Of a DNA stretch of 64,000 nt, positions 41,361-50,619 are shown piece by piece. Numbering within the stretch: position 1 is the stretch's first letter; each line of letters begins with the position of its first letter. This stretch comes from Candidatus Poribacteria bacterium (GTDB lineage: Bacteria; Poribacteria; WGA-4E; PCPOR2b). The stretch covers positions 1,248,001-1,312,000 of the forward strand of contig OZ244587.1 of assembly GCA_965218095.1 (NCBI GenBank). Reading direction: 5' to 3'. Below the pieces are notes generated by a model. The model did not search any database and was not told the DNA's origin. It saw only the letters and a program-made list of their open reading frames with translations. Both the position numbers and the translations under genes were made by a program.

Positions 41361-41792
41361 TTATCGCTTATCATCCGACTCTTTATGTTTAACCATTCTG
41401 ACAACTGTGCCTGACTTTTCGTAAGTGACGACATCCATACACGATTCCATCAGAAAAAGTCCTCTGCCACTACTCTTTAAAAGGTTTGCCGGATCCAACG
41501 GATCTGCCACTTTTTCCCGATCGAAACCTTGCCCCCCATCCCGGACGACAACTGTGAGCTTATCTGGATGAACAACGAACTCAAAGTGAGTTCGCTTATT
41601 CACATCCTCATTATTCCCATGTTTAATTGCATTCGTCCCGGCTTCAATCACTGCCAGATTCACCTGTTCGCATGTTTCCTCATCGAACCCCATCTCTCTA
41701 AGAATTTCGGAGATAAGCACGTCTAACAGGTAAACAAGCTGCATTGAGCTCGGGAGATCAAGGTGAATGACTTGCTCGGTTGTCTGTCCCAC
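41361..41792 (-). CDS. Anti-sigma factor Ser/Thr kinase (RsbW/SpoIIAB-like)
   Basis: EAGTNAIKHG, DGGQGFD and GRGLFLM HATPase_c_2 motifs. Confidence 0.9.
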   Translation of the reverse strand: MGQTTEQVIHLDLPSSMQLVYLLDVLISEILREMGFDEETCEQVNLAVIEAGTNAIKHGNNEDVNKRTHFEFVVHPDKLTVVVRDGGQGFDREKVADPLDPANLLKSSGRGLFLMESCMDVVTYEKSGTVVRMVKHKESDDKR

Positions 41793-41796
41793 CTGG

Positions 41797-42978
41797 CTAT
41801 TCCTTTCCGTGTTTAATTTTTATAACGACAATTGTGATATCATCGTTCCGATGATTTGTTCCGCTAAAATTCAAGAGATCCGTCTCAATCGCCTGGCAAA
41901 GCATTTCAGCGGATAGATTTCGGCTCGACTGAAAGATTTCAGAGAGCTTTTCTTCACTGTAAAACGTTCCATCAGACTCACGCTCTGTTTCCGTGACTCC
42001 ATCCGTATAGAGCAGAATCTCACCGCCGGGCTCACAGTGAATCGCCTCAGGTTCGAATTCGGCAAAGTCGAAACTACCCAACACTATGCCACCGACTTTC
42101 AGTTGATCAACATCAGTGCCTTGATTTTTCAGATACAGCGGGTAACAGTGTCCTGCATTTGAATAAGTAAAAGTCATCGCAACGGGATCCAAAATTCCGT
42201 AGATCATCGTGGCGAAAAGATCCGGATCGGTGTCAATTACAAGTAGGTCATTGATCCGCTTGAGAATGGCTGCCGGCGAGGCTTCTTCACGACAAACGAG
42301 CCGAAGGGTGGTACGAATCATTACCATCAGCAAAGCTGCAGGAATGCCTTTGCCGCGGACATCGGCGATTGCGATGCCTAAACGATTGTCCGCTAACGGA
42401 ATAAAGTCGTAGAAATCCCCCGAAACTGTCATTGAACTCCGCAGCATGCCGGCAATATCAAATCCTGGCAGGTCAGGGGCGCCTTGAGGTAACAGCTTTT
42501 GCTGAATCATTGCCGCCGTTTGGAGGTGTGAGGCAAGCTGTTCAATTCCTGCTTCACTGAACCAATCTCCCATTGCCCCAATGAGCGGATTGATATATTT
42601 TGTCGGGCGCGTTCGCCCAAGTACGGCTTCAATTCGGGCCGTCAACTCACCAAGGTCAAAGGGTTTTGTGATGTAATCGTCTGCACCGGCGTTCAGCCCT
42701 CGAACCTTCTCGTGAGTTTGGGCTCGCGCCGTAAGCATAATGACGGGAATGGTACGGGTTTGTGCATCCACTTTGAGTTTTTCCAAAACCTCAAACCCAT
42801 CCACCACCGGCATCATCAGATCGAGGAGGATAAGATCGGGCAAATGCGTTTTCGCTTGTTCTAACGCACTTATGCCATCATTTGCAGTGATAACATCGAA
42901 TCCATCAGCAGTCAGACTCATCTCAACCAACTCAAGAATATCGATATCATCATCCACAGTGAGGATTGTCTCAGCCAT
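41797..42978 (-). CDS. Response-regulator receiver fused to PP2C/SpoIIE phosphatase (RsbU/RsbY-like)
   Basis: VDDD, LDLMMP and KPF receiver motifs; SGDFYD, ADVRGKG, YTDGVTE and DDIT PP2C motifs. Confidence 0.92.
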   Translation of the reverse strand: MAETILTVDDDIDILELVEMSLTADGFDVITANDGISALEQAKTHLPDLILLDLMMPVVDGFEVLEKLKVDAQTRTIPVIMLTARAQTHEKVRGLNAGADDYITKPFDLGELTARIEAVLGRTRPTKYINPLIGAMGDWFSEAGIEQLASHLQTAAMIQQKLLPQGAPDLPGFDIAGMLRSSMTVSGDFYDFIPLADNRLGIAIADVRGKGIPAALLMVMIRTTLRLVCREEASPAAILKRINDLLVIDTDPDLFATMIYGILDPVAMTFTYSNAGHCYPLYLKNQGTDVDQLKVGGIVLGSFDFAEFEPEAIHCEPGGEILLYTDGVTETERESDGTFYSEEKLSEIFQSSRNLSAEMLCQAIETDLLNFSGTNHRNDDITIVVIKIKHGKE

Positions 42979-43096
42979 TATTTAGAGATACTCCTTGAAT
43001 TAAAGAACTCCGCAAGTGGGCTAATGAGCAAATCAGCGAATCGTGAATCGGTTCATGGGTTCATTGAAATCCTGAACTCATGTACGAATGAACTTC

Positions 43097-45385
43097 TTAC
43101 GTTTTACGCATTACGTATCGCGCATCACATTTCACGTCCTGATCTTTTCCAACCAGAGATAATACAAACTGAAAATTGCTGCCTTTTCCTCGATCTCCGT
43201 CGTCAATCCACAAGGTTCCACCATGCGCCTCAATAATACTTTTGGTAATCGATAATCCCAAACCGGAACCGCCTTGCTGACGTGTGTGAATATCACTGAG
43301 CTGATAAAATTTGTCGAACACCTTTGGGCGTTCTTCGACTGGAATGCCTGGCCCTGTATCAATCACCTCAACGTGCAAGAGATTGCCATCAACTTTAAGT
43401 TTAACGACAACTTCACCGTTATTCGGCGTAAACTTAATCGCATTGCCAATCAGATTTGTAAAGACTTGGCCCATGCGCTCTTCGTCTCCGATAATCTCGG
43501 GAATTGATTCAGGAGCGATGAACTTCAACTGAATTGATTTCTCATCGGCTTGCGGGCGAATCTCCTCAATCCGCTGGGTTGCAATTTCCAGAAGCGAAAT
43601 CGGCGTCTCTCTCATTTGTATCCGCCCGGACTCAATCCGTGAAATATCGAGCAGATCGCTAATCAGAGCGGCAAGCCGCTTCGATTGGCGTTGGACCCGC
43701 GCGAGGCTATTCCGCTGTTTGTCGTTAATTGGACCAGCCTTGCCGTCTAGAATGAAAGAAACGAAACCGATGATGGAAGTCAGCGGTGTACGCAATTCAT
43801 GAGAGACCAAGGAGATGAAATCGGATTTCATCTGGTCAATCTCTTTTTCTCGTGTAATATCATCGAAAAGGTAGACCGTGCCGAGTGCAAAGCCGTTTTC
43901 GTCAAGGAATGGGCTGGAAATGATCCGCAGAACCAGCTTCTCATCATTGTGAACTAAAGTGACTTCAGATATTACCGGTTTATTCAGAGAGATTTGGCGT
44001 TGATTCTCCTTGAAGATGTTAATTAATTCTTCATTTTGGATAATCTGGGTGAAATCCTTACCGATTCCATCTGTGCTGACGTTCAGCAGGTATTTAGCAG
44101 CAGGGTTGATGTGAAGCACACGGTTATTCGAGTCCACAAGGATTAACCCTTCTGCGAGACTATTCACGATAGCGGTCATCTTCTTCTCTTCTTTTGTCAA
44201 CTTTTCGACCGCATTTTTGAGGTTCCACCGCATTGAATTGAATTCGCCTGCCAGAATGCCGACTTCACTGCTACTGGTGACGGGAATCTCCTGATCGAAT
44301 TCCCCATGCCCGATGGCTCGCGCCGCACTTGCCACCTGCATAATCGGTGTGACAATGCGTCGGGAGAAAACAAGTGCAATCAGAATCACAACCAGGCAAG
44401 AGATCAGCGTGCAAGTCAGGATTCGCTTGGTGAGTTTTGTCACTTCGTAGAAAGCCAATGAGGTGGGCTGCGAAACCAGAACTGTCCAGTTTTCGAAGTT
44501 TTGCTTATCATGACTTTGTTTCCTCCATCGCTGGGTGCGTGCCCAACCATATACCCTTTTTTCCCCTCGTACATCGGTTTCCCCATCCATTTCATAGCCA
44601 TAATACTCATCGCGCGCACTAATTGCCGCCATCGCCGCATCGCTCATTTCAACACGATCCAAGAAATCGTAACCGCCACCCGGGGAAGAAGCGATGACTC
44701 GCCCGTGCTCATCAATGAGACAAATTTCTGTTACCTGAATCTGCTTATCTTCATCGGAAGGCGACTTGACCAGTTCAGAAAGTTCAGGTAGTGGGCTAAC
44801 AGCTTTCAACACACCGACCACTTTCGAGTCAGAGGTTTTATCAGGAATTGGCAAAGCGATTGACAGATAGTGATGTTGTTTTTGGGCATCATATTGGACA
44901 TCGCTAATAAACTTATACCCGAACCCATTATTATAAGCCCTGCTCCACCAGTCTTCATCGATCTTTTGAGAACGTAAACGTTCATCAGTTGCGATAATAA
45001 CCTCCTGGTGCAGGTTGGTAATAATTATCTTGCTATCAGGACCCAGACGCCTTTCAAGCCTTTTGACGTCATCCCACAAGTGCGTAGAGATTTGATCCAA
45101 TGTCGATGATACGTTGTCTACATTGGTGACGGCGACCGCTGGGCCGATGCGCCACACCAGCGCTTCAATTGGTATCAACAGCCTGAGAATCGTGCGATCC
45201 GCTTGATCAATCTTCTCTTGAGCCAGTCGTACCAAGCTTTCGCCGATTGTGTTTTTCAACGCAATCTTCCCGGACCAATAGGCCAAAGCGGAAACGACAA
45301 GTAAAGGAATGAGCGAGACCAGCAGGAAGAGCAACACAAGCTGCCCGCGCAAGCCTATTCTGAGACAAAGGCGTTCAATCATCAT
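43097..45385 (-). CDS. Membrane sensor histidine kinase (Cache-HAMP-PAS-HisKA-HATPase)
   Basis: Two TM segments, HAMP, PAS; SHELRTPL, NLIGNAIKF, DTGPGI and GSGLGL motifs. Confidence 0.93.
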   Translation of the reverse strand: MMIERLCLRIGLRGQLVLLFLLVSLIPLLVVSALAYWSGKIALKNTIGESLVRLAQEKIDQADRTILRLLIPIEALVWRIGPAVAVTNVDNVSSTLDQISTHLWDDVKRLERRLGPDSKIIITNLHQEVIIATDERLRSQKIDEDWWSRAYNNGFGYKFISDVQYDAQKQHHYLSIALPIPDKTSDSKVVGVLKAVSPLPELSELVKSPSDEDKQIQVTEICLIDEHGRVIASSPGGGYDFLDRVEMSDAAMAAISARDEYYGYEMDGETDVRGEKRVYGWARTQRWRKQSHDKQNFENWTVLVSQPTSLAFYEVTKLTKRILTCTLISCLVVILIALVFSRRIVTPIMQVASAARAIGHGEFDQEIPVTSSSEVGILAGEFNSMRWNLKNAVEKLTKEEKKMTAIVNSLAEGLILVDSNNRVLHINPAAKYLLNVSTDGIGKDFTQIIQNEELINIFKENQRQISLNKPVISEVTLVHNDEKLVLRIISSPFLDENGFALGTVYLFDDITREKEIDQMKSDFISLVSHELRTPLTSIIGFVSFILDGKAGPINDKQRNSLARVQRQSKRLAALISDLLDISRIESGRIQMRETPISLLEIATQRIEEIRPQADEKSIQLKFIAPESIPEIIGDEERMGQVFTNLIGNAIKFTPNNGEVVVKLKVDGNLLHVEVIDTGPGIPVEERPKVFDKFYQLSDIHTRQQGGSGLGLSITKSIIEAHGGTLWIDDGDRGKGSNFQFVLSLVGKDQDVKCDARYVMRKT

Positions 45386-45397
45386 ACATTTATGTTT

Positions 45398-45736
45398 CTA
45401 CGAATCAAAAGCGTTCGTTGCGGATTCTTCATCTTGATAAATTTCAAGAATTGTGTTTAGCCGTGTAACCTGTAAGACATTCATGACAGTTTTTTGCGGG
45501 TTGAGCAAGACGAGTTTTCCAGCCATATTCTTGAGGGACTGCAAGGTGGCTATAATTGTTCCCAACGCAGAACTATCTAACAGAGGTACCTTCGTCAGGT
45601 CTAAGATTAAACGTCCTCCGCTCTGCTCAATCTGCATATCCATTTCACGTTTAAGCGCATTGACCGTATTCCCAATGATTTTACCATCAACTCGGAGAAT
45701 TGGAATGTTGTTCTTACTGATGGTTGTCTCAAACAT
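45398..45736 (-). CDS. STAS-domain anti-sigma factor antagonist (RsbV/SpoIIAA-like)
   Basis: 112 aa; LDSSALG phosphoacceptor motif. Confidence 0.9.
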   Translation of the reverse strand: MFETTISKNNIPILRVDGKIIGNTVNALKREMDMQIEQSGGRLILDLTKVPLLDSSALGTIIATLQSLKNMAGKLVLLNPQKTVMNVLQVTRLNTILEIYQDEESATNAFDS

Positions 45737-46474
45737 CTAATAAAGCTCCTTAATTCGTATAGCGACATAGGTCCGATTTAGCTCGGGGATATGGCTGTTG
45801 ATAACAGATTGGACATGGCCACCCAGTGATCGCAATTTAGGGGTCACTGATTGAATCTCCGGTTCAACATTGCACGACTTGTAAGCAATCCATGTGCCAT
45901 CTCGCTTCAATAGTGGAAGGCAGTAAGTCAGCGAATCCTCTAAAGAAGCGACATAACGGGTCAAGACCCAATCATAAGCGTTTTGTTCGGTACATTCTTC
46001 AGCACGTTGAGTGATGATGCGGACATGCGTCCACGACGCGGCAGCGTTCGATTGAGCGTTCCGACTCAGTTGAGAGATAAGGAACCGTAGAAAACTTGCC
46101 TTCTTTGATGAGGATTCAAGCAAGACTAACTGAACCCCAGGGATATAAATTTTGATTGGTATGCCGGGGAAACCTGCCCCCGTCCCAATATCAATCACTG
46201 AATCTCCTAGCTTGATGGAAAAATGTCGAAGGACGCTTAACGAATCGAGGAAATGCTTCATAATGATTTCTCGATCAGCGCAAATCGATGTCAGGTTTAG
46301 TTGTGAATTCCAGCGTTTGAGCTCAAGCCAGTAAGTGACAAATTGATCGAGCTGTACCGGCCCCAACGGAAAGCCGTGCTGAAGAAGTGTCTGCTTCAGG
46401 AGATCTCGAAATTCCTTCTGCGTATTGTGTACTGCGTGATGCTTTTTAGGTGATCTATTTCCCCACTTACCCAT
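45737..46474 (-). CDS. rsmG: 16S rRNA m7G527 methyltransferase
   Basis: WNSQLNLT, HFLDSL and DIGTGAGFPG motifs; downstream of mnmG. Confidence 0.92.
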   Translation of the reverse strand: MGKWGNRSPKKHHAVHNTQKEFRDLLKQTLLQHGFPLGPVQLDQFVTYWLELKRWNSQLNLTSICADREIIMKHFLDSLSVLRHFSIKLGDSVIDIGTGAGFPGIPIKIYIPGVQLVLLESSSKKASFLRFLISQLSRNAQSNAAASWTHVRIITQRAEECTEQNAYDWVLTRYVASLEDSLTYCLPLLKRDGTWIAYKSCNVEPEIQSVTPKLRSLGGHVQSVINSHIPELNRTYVAIRIKELY

Positions 46475-46478
46475 TGAC

Positions 46479-48380
46479 TCATTGACTCATTTCCCGTTCT
46501 TTTCGCTTGTACTGTTCGACCCAGACCATAAGTATCGAGCTATCCGCAGGCGAAACACCAGGGATACGCGATGCTTGTCCAATGGAGATTGGACGAATCG
46601 TTGCGAGTTTTTCGCGCGCTTCCGTTTTTAAGCCACTGATTGAATCGTATTCAAAATCATCCGGAATCCGAAAGTGTTCCATCTTTTTGAACTGTTCGAT
46701 TTGCACAGCTTGACGGTGAATGTATCCCTCGTATTTGATTTGAATTTCGACCTGTTTCTCAACCGCTTTGGGCAGTGATCGAAGATTCGGCGCAAGCTGC
46801 TGGATTTGGTCGTAATGAATTTCTGGGCGTTTGAGCAGATCTGCCAGGGATGTTGGCTTGCTAAGTTCGCCAATATTGACCTGTTTCAAAAGATCTTGCG
46901 TGCCCGGTGATGGTTTCAGGTATGTTTGATTTAAGCGATTTAATTCTTCACCCACGAGTTTCCGCTTGATTTGGAAACGATTGTAACCGTCATCATTGAC
47001 CAACCCAATCTGGCGACCAATCTCCGTCAATCGTAGGTCTGCGTTATCCTCACGCAACTCCAGCCGATACTCCGCCCGCGATGTAAACATGCGATACGGT
47101 TCGCGGATGTCCTTCGTGACGAGGTCATCGATGAGGACGCCAATGTATGCCTGGGACCGGTCTAGAATCAGCGGCTCCTCACTGCGCACCTTCAAGGCGG
47201 CATTAATCCCTGCCATCAATCCCTGTGCGGCGGCTTCCTCATAGCCGGTAGTACCGTTGAGTTGTCCCGCAAAGTAAAGGTTCTTCACCTGCTTGGTTTC
47301 GAGCATCGGGTAGAGTTGCGTCGCCGGGGCAAAATCGTACTCCACCGCATAAGCGAAGCGCATAATCTCGGCGTCTTCCAGTCCTTTGATGCTGTGTACC
47401 ATATCTACTTGAACGTCTTCCGGCAAACTGGCGGAGATTCCATTTAGGTAAATCTCGTCTGTATCTCTGCCTTCAGGTTCGACGAAGACCTGATGTCGAT
47501 TTTTGTCGGCGAAACGCACCACTTTGTCCTCAATCGAAGGGCAATACCTGGGCCCAATGCCGGCGATCCGGCCGCTGTACATTGCAGATCTATGAAGATT
47601 GTCGCGAATAATCTGATGCGTCTTTTCGTTCGTGTAAGTCAGGTGGCAAGGCATCTGGGATTGCGTAATCTTTTCTGTTGAGAACGAAAAAGGACGTGGA
47701 TGCGCATCGCCGGGTTGAATCTCCATCACACCAAAAGCCACGGTATGCGCATTGACGCGAGGCGGCGTTCCGGTTTTCAAACGACCAATTTCAAATCCGA
47801 GATTCAAAAAACTCTCTGATAGTTTTTCCGCCGACGATTCTCCGGCACGTCCTGCGCTGTAGGATACATTGCCGAGATGCACCAATCCCTTGAGAAACGT
47901 GCCTGTGGTCAGGATTACCGTTTTGGCAAGATAGGCGGTTTGGGTGTAGCTTAATATCCCGATGCACTTACCCCGCTCGGTCAACAGGGCATTGACCAAC
48001 ATCTGCTTAATATCGAGATGCGGTTGCCGCTCCAGCACTCGCTTCATCTCATACTGATACGCCTTTTTGTCCGCCTGCGCACGACTTGAGCGGACAGCCG
48101 GACCTTTCTTCGTATTCAGTTGGCGAAACTGGATGCCCGTTTTGTCGATATTCTTCGCCATCTCGCCACCGAGTGCATCGATCTCCTTGACGAGATGCCC
48201 TTTTGCAAGTCCACCGATTGCCGGGTTGCAGGACATTTTCGCGATTGTGTCGAGGTTAATTGTGACAATCAATGCCTCGCAGCCCATCCGCGCAGCGGCG
48301 AGTGCAGCTTCACACCCGGCGTGTCCTGCACCCACAACAAGGACATCATATTGTTTGTGATAGGTATTCATTTTTATCAC
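46479..48380 (-). CDS. mnmG: tRNA uridine-5-carboxymethylaminomethyl synthesis enzyme MnmG (GidA)
   Basis: GAGHAGCEAA, MSCNPAIGG, KTGTPPR, PRYCPSIEDK and GQLNGTTGYEEAAAQG motifs. Confidence 0.97.
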   Translation of the reverse strand: MIKMNTYHKQYDVLVVGAGHAGCEAALAAARMGCEALIVTINLDTIAKMSCNPAIGGLAKGHLVKEIDALGGEMAKNIDKTGIQFRQLNTKKGPAVRSSRAQADKKAYQYEMKRVLERQPHLDIKQMLVNALLTERGKCIGILSYTQTAYLAKTVILTTGTFLKGLVHLGNVSYSAGRAGESSAEKLSESFLNLGFEIGRLKTGTPPRVNAHTVAFGVMEIQPGDAHPRPFSFSTEKITQSQMPCHLTYTNEKTHQIIRDNLHRSAMYSGRIAGIGPRYCPSIEDKVVRFADKNRHQVFVEPEGRDTDEIYLNGISASLPEDVQVDMVHSIKGLEDAEIMRFAYAVEYDFAPATQLYPMLETKQVKNLYFAGQLNGTTGYEEAAAQGLMAGINAALKVRSEEPLILDRSQAYIGVLIDDLVTKDIREPYRMFTSRAEYRLELREDNADLRLTEIGRQIGLVNDDGYNRFQIKRKLVGEELNRLNQTYLKPSPGTQDLLKQVNIGELSKPTSLADLLKRPEIHYDQIQQLAPNLRSLPKAVEKQVEIQIKYEGYIHRQAVQIEQFKKMEHFRIPDDFEYDSISGLKTEAREKLATIRPISIGQASRIPGVSPADSSILMVWVEQYKRKEREMSQ

Positions 48381-48469
48381 ACGCTTTCTGACTTGTTAAT
48401 TTCGGGCTTTCTTAGCATAGCATTCTTGATCAGAAACACCATATGAATCACTGCGCCATGAACGCGGCT

Positions 48470-48554
48470 CCGAGGGTCCATCCTGCGTAATTGTCCATCC
48501 GTCTTCGATGAGGGCATTCCTCACAGTATCATGGTAAATATCGCGCTGGGGCAA
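48470..48554 (-). pseudogene. XisH-family N-terminal remnant
   Basis: PQRDIYHDTVRNALIEDGWTITQD matches the XisH N-terminus; truncated after about 25 aa. Confidence 0.55.
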
Positions 48555-48581
48555 AGGGAATCACCTTGCCATCAGGTTGGC

Positions 48582-49562
48582 TTACAACCCCGAATAGATG
48601 ACACTCAACACCAACTGTCCAACAACATCCAAACTCTCTGCACTACATTTATCGGGAGTATCTTCAACCGTGTGCCAATAGGGGTAATCGAAGTCGATGA
48701 TATCGATTGTCGGGAGGCCTGCTCGGATGAGGGGCAGGTGATCATCCATAATCGGAGGCCCCAGCCGGCGTTGAAACGCCGATAGTCCCATCTCTTCAGC
48801 CCGTCGCCAAATTGCCTCTGTTAATTCTCGTGCCGCGTTCCACGAATATCGCTCCATCGGCAATTCTAGGTTTTGATCGCCCACCATGTCCAGCAAGATA
48901 CCAAAATCTGCCTGCCATCTTCCCATATTCCGGGCAAAGTGCGTGGATCCGAGAAACATATTGGAAATCGTTCTGCCATAATCTTCACCGTCAAACAGGA
49001 CGATAATCACTTGGGTCGGAGGCGGTTTGGATTTCAGAACCCGTGCAACCTCCAGCAGCACTGCCACGCCCGAAGCGCCATCGTTTGCGCCAAGGATTGG
49101 ATCGTTTCGATTGGATGGATCGGCATCCTGGTCGGCGAATGGGCGGGTATCCCAATGTGCGGCGAGGAGAATCTTTCCACCCTCATCTTCCCCGAAGCGC
49201 GCCAAGATATTATTCATCTGAAGCGTCTCGTCTTGGCAGCGAAATTCAAAAGGCTGAAGCACGACTTCGGCAGCAAACTTTTCAAGTTCTGCAAACAGAT
49301 ATGCACTCGTCTCCCGGTGGACAGGTGTGCCCGGAACACGCGCTCCAAACTCACACTGCTTCTCCAAGTAGGCAAATGCACGTTCGGCGTTAAAGGCGCC
49401 ATCACCGATTGGCTCCTCTGCCAAAACAGACGGAGACGAATCGGAGTCGGAAGGGGTGCAAACCAACAATCCATCGGAGCCGAGGATAATCATGCATAAC
49501 ACACTCCACAACAGCATCCCGATGGATCGGGGCAACCTGAGTTCGCGAGGAAATCGGTTCAT
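48582..49562 (-). CDS. M28 peptidase / glutaminyl cyclase-like protein
   Basis: AHWDTR, GANDGASG, FDGED, LDMVG, DDH and WHT motifs. Confidence 0.88.
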   Translation of the reverse strand: MNRFPRELRLPRSIGMLLWSVLCMIILGSDGLLVCTPSDSDSSPSVLAEEPIGDGAFNAERAFAYLEKQCEFGARVPGTPVHRETSAYLFAELEKFAAEVVLQPFEFRCQDETLQMNNILARFGEDEGGKILLAAHWDTRPFADQDADPSNRNDPILGANDGASGVAVLLEVARVLKSKPPPTQVIIVLFDGEDYGRTISNMFLGSTHFARNMGRWQADFGILLDMVGDQNLELPMERYSWNAARELTEAIWRRAEEMGLSAFQRRLGPPIMDDHLPLIRAGLPTIDIIDFDYPYWHTVEDTPDKCSAESLDVVGQLVLSVIYSGL

Positions 49563-49583
49563 GGGTTCATTTTATGTTTTCGC

Positions 49584-50183
49584 TTAAACTTGTCGGCGTC
49601 CTTCCAACGCTTTGGCGAGTGTAACTTCATCAATATACTCAAGGTCGCCTCCAACCGGAATGCCATAAGCAATTCGAGTGATGGCGATTCCAAGATTTTC
49701 GAGGCGTTTTGTCAAATACAGCGCAGTCGCCTGTCCCTCAGTGGTATAATTTGTCGCAAGGATTACTTCTTTAATGTCTTCATAGCTGATCCGTTCAAAG
49801 AGCGTGTCAATTCTTAGATCCTTCGGGCCCACACCGTCCAACGGCGATAAAACACCCATGAGCGCATGATATAAGCCTTTATACTCCTTTGTTCGCTCAA
49901 TTGCTAAAAGATCATCAGGCTCTTCAATAACACAAATCGTTTGACGGTCACGCTCGGGATCTGCACAGATATAGCATGGGCTCCGATCTGTGATATTTCC
50001 ACAGATTGTGCAGTAGGAGAGGTGAGTTTTCATATCGGAAATCGCTTGTGCCAGTTTGGCGGTTTCCGATTCAGGCATTTTTAACATATAAAATGCCAAA
50101 CGTTGTGCTGTTTTAGGACCGATTGTCGGCAGTTTTTGTAACTCGTTAATTAAACGTGCCAGCGGTTCAGGATAATGGAGCAT
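49584..50183 (-). CDS. recR: Recombination mediator RecR
   Basis: LPTIGPKTAQRLA, C4 zinc finger, Toprim domain; start MLHYPEP. Confidence 0.96.
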   Translation of the reverse strand: MLHYPEPLARLINELQKLPTIGPKTAQRLAFYMLKMPESETAKLAQAISDMKTHLSYCTICGNITDRSPCYICADPERDRQTICVIEEPDDLLAIERTKEYKGLYHALMGVLSPLDGVGPKDLRIDTLFERISYEDIKEVILATNYTTEGQATALYLTKRLENLGIAITRIAYGIPVGGDLEYIDEVTLAKALEGRRQV

Positions 50184-50258
50184 TTTTCGGATTCGGATTG
50201 TGGATATTGGATTGCCAAAGGGAAAAATCAGCAATCGGAAATCTATAGTCCGCAGTAT

Positions 50259-50567
50259 TTACATCAGCCCTGGGATTTTAACGCCCCCGGTCAACTTGCT
50301 CATCTCTTGAGTCATCAATTCTTGAGCCTGATGGTGTGCTTCATTGACAGCGGCAACAATGAGATCCTCGAGCATTTCAACGTCATCTGGATCTACCACC
50401 TCGGGTGAGATTGTAAGTGACACGAGTTCTTGCTGACCATTGGCAACGGCTGTTACCATGCCTCCACCAACGGTTGCTTCGACAGTGCGGCTGGCAAGCT
50501 CTTCTTGAATCTCAAGCATGCGCTTTTGCATCTTTTGGGCCTGTTTCATAAGATTGTTCATATTCAT
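50259..50567 (-). CDS. ybaB: Nucleoid-associated protein YbaB/EbfC
   Basis: MKQAQKMQ...GGGMV...DVEMLEDLI; lies between dnaX and recR. Confidence 0.95.
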   Translation of the reverse strand: MNMNNLMKQAQKMQKRMLEIQEELASRTVEATVGGGMVTAVANGQQELVSLTISPEVVDPDDVEMLEDLIVAAVNEAHHQAQELMTQEMSKLTGGVKIPGLM

Positions 50568-50619
50568 TTCAATGACCTCTCATAAAGTTTGTCAAAATAG
50601 TTGACATCCAAATAAAGGT

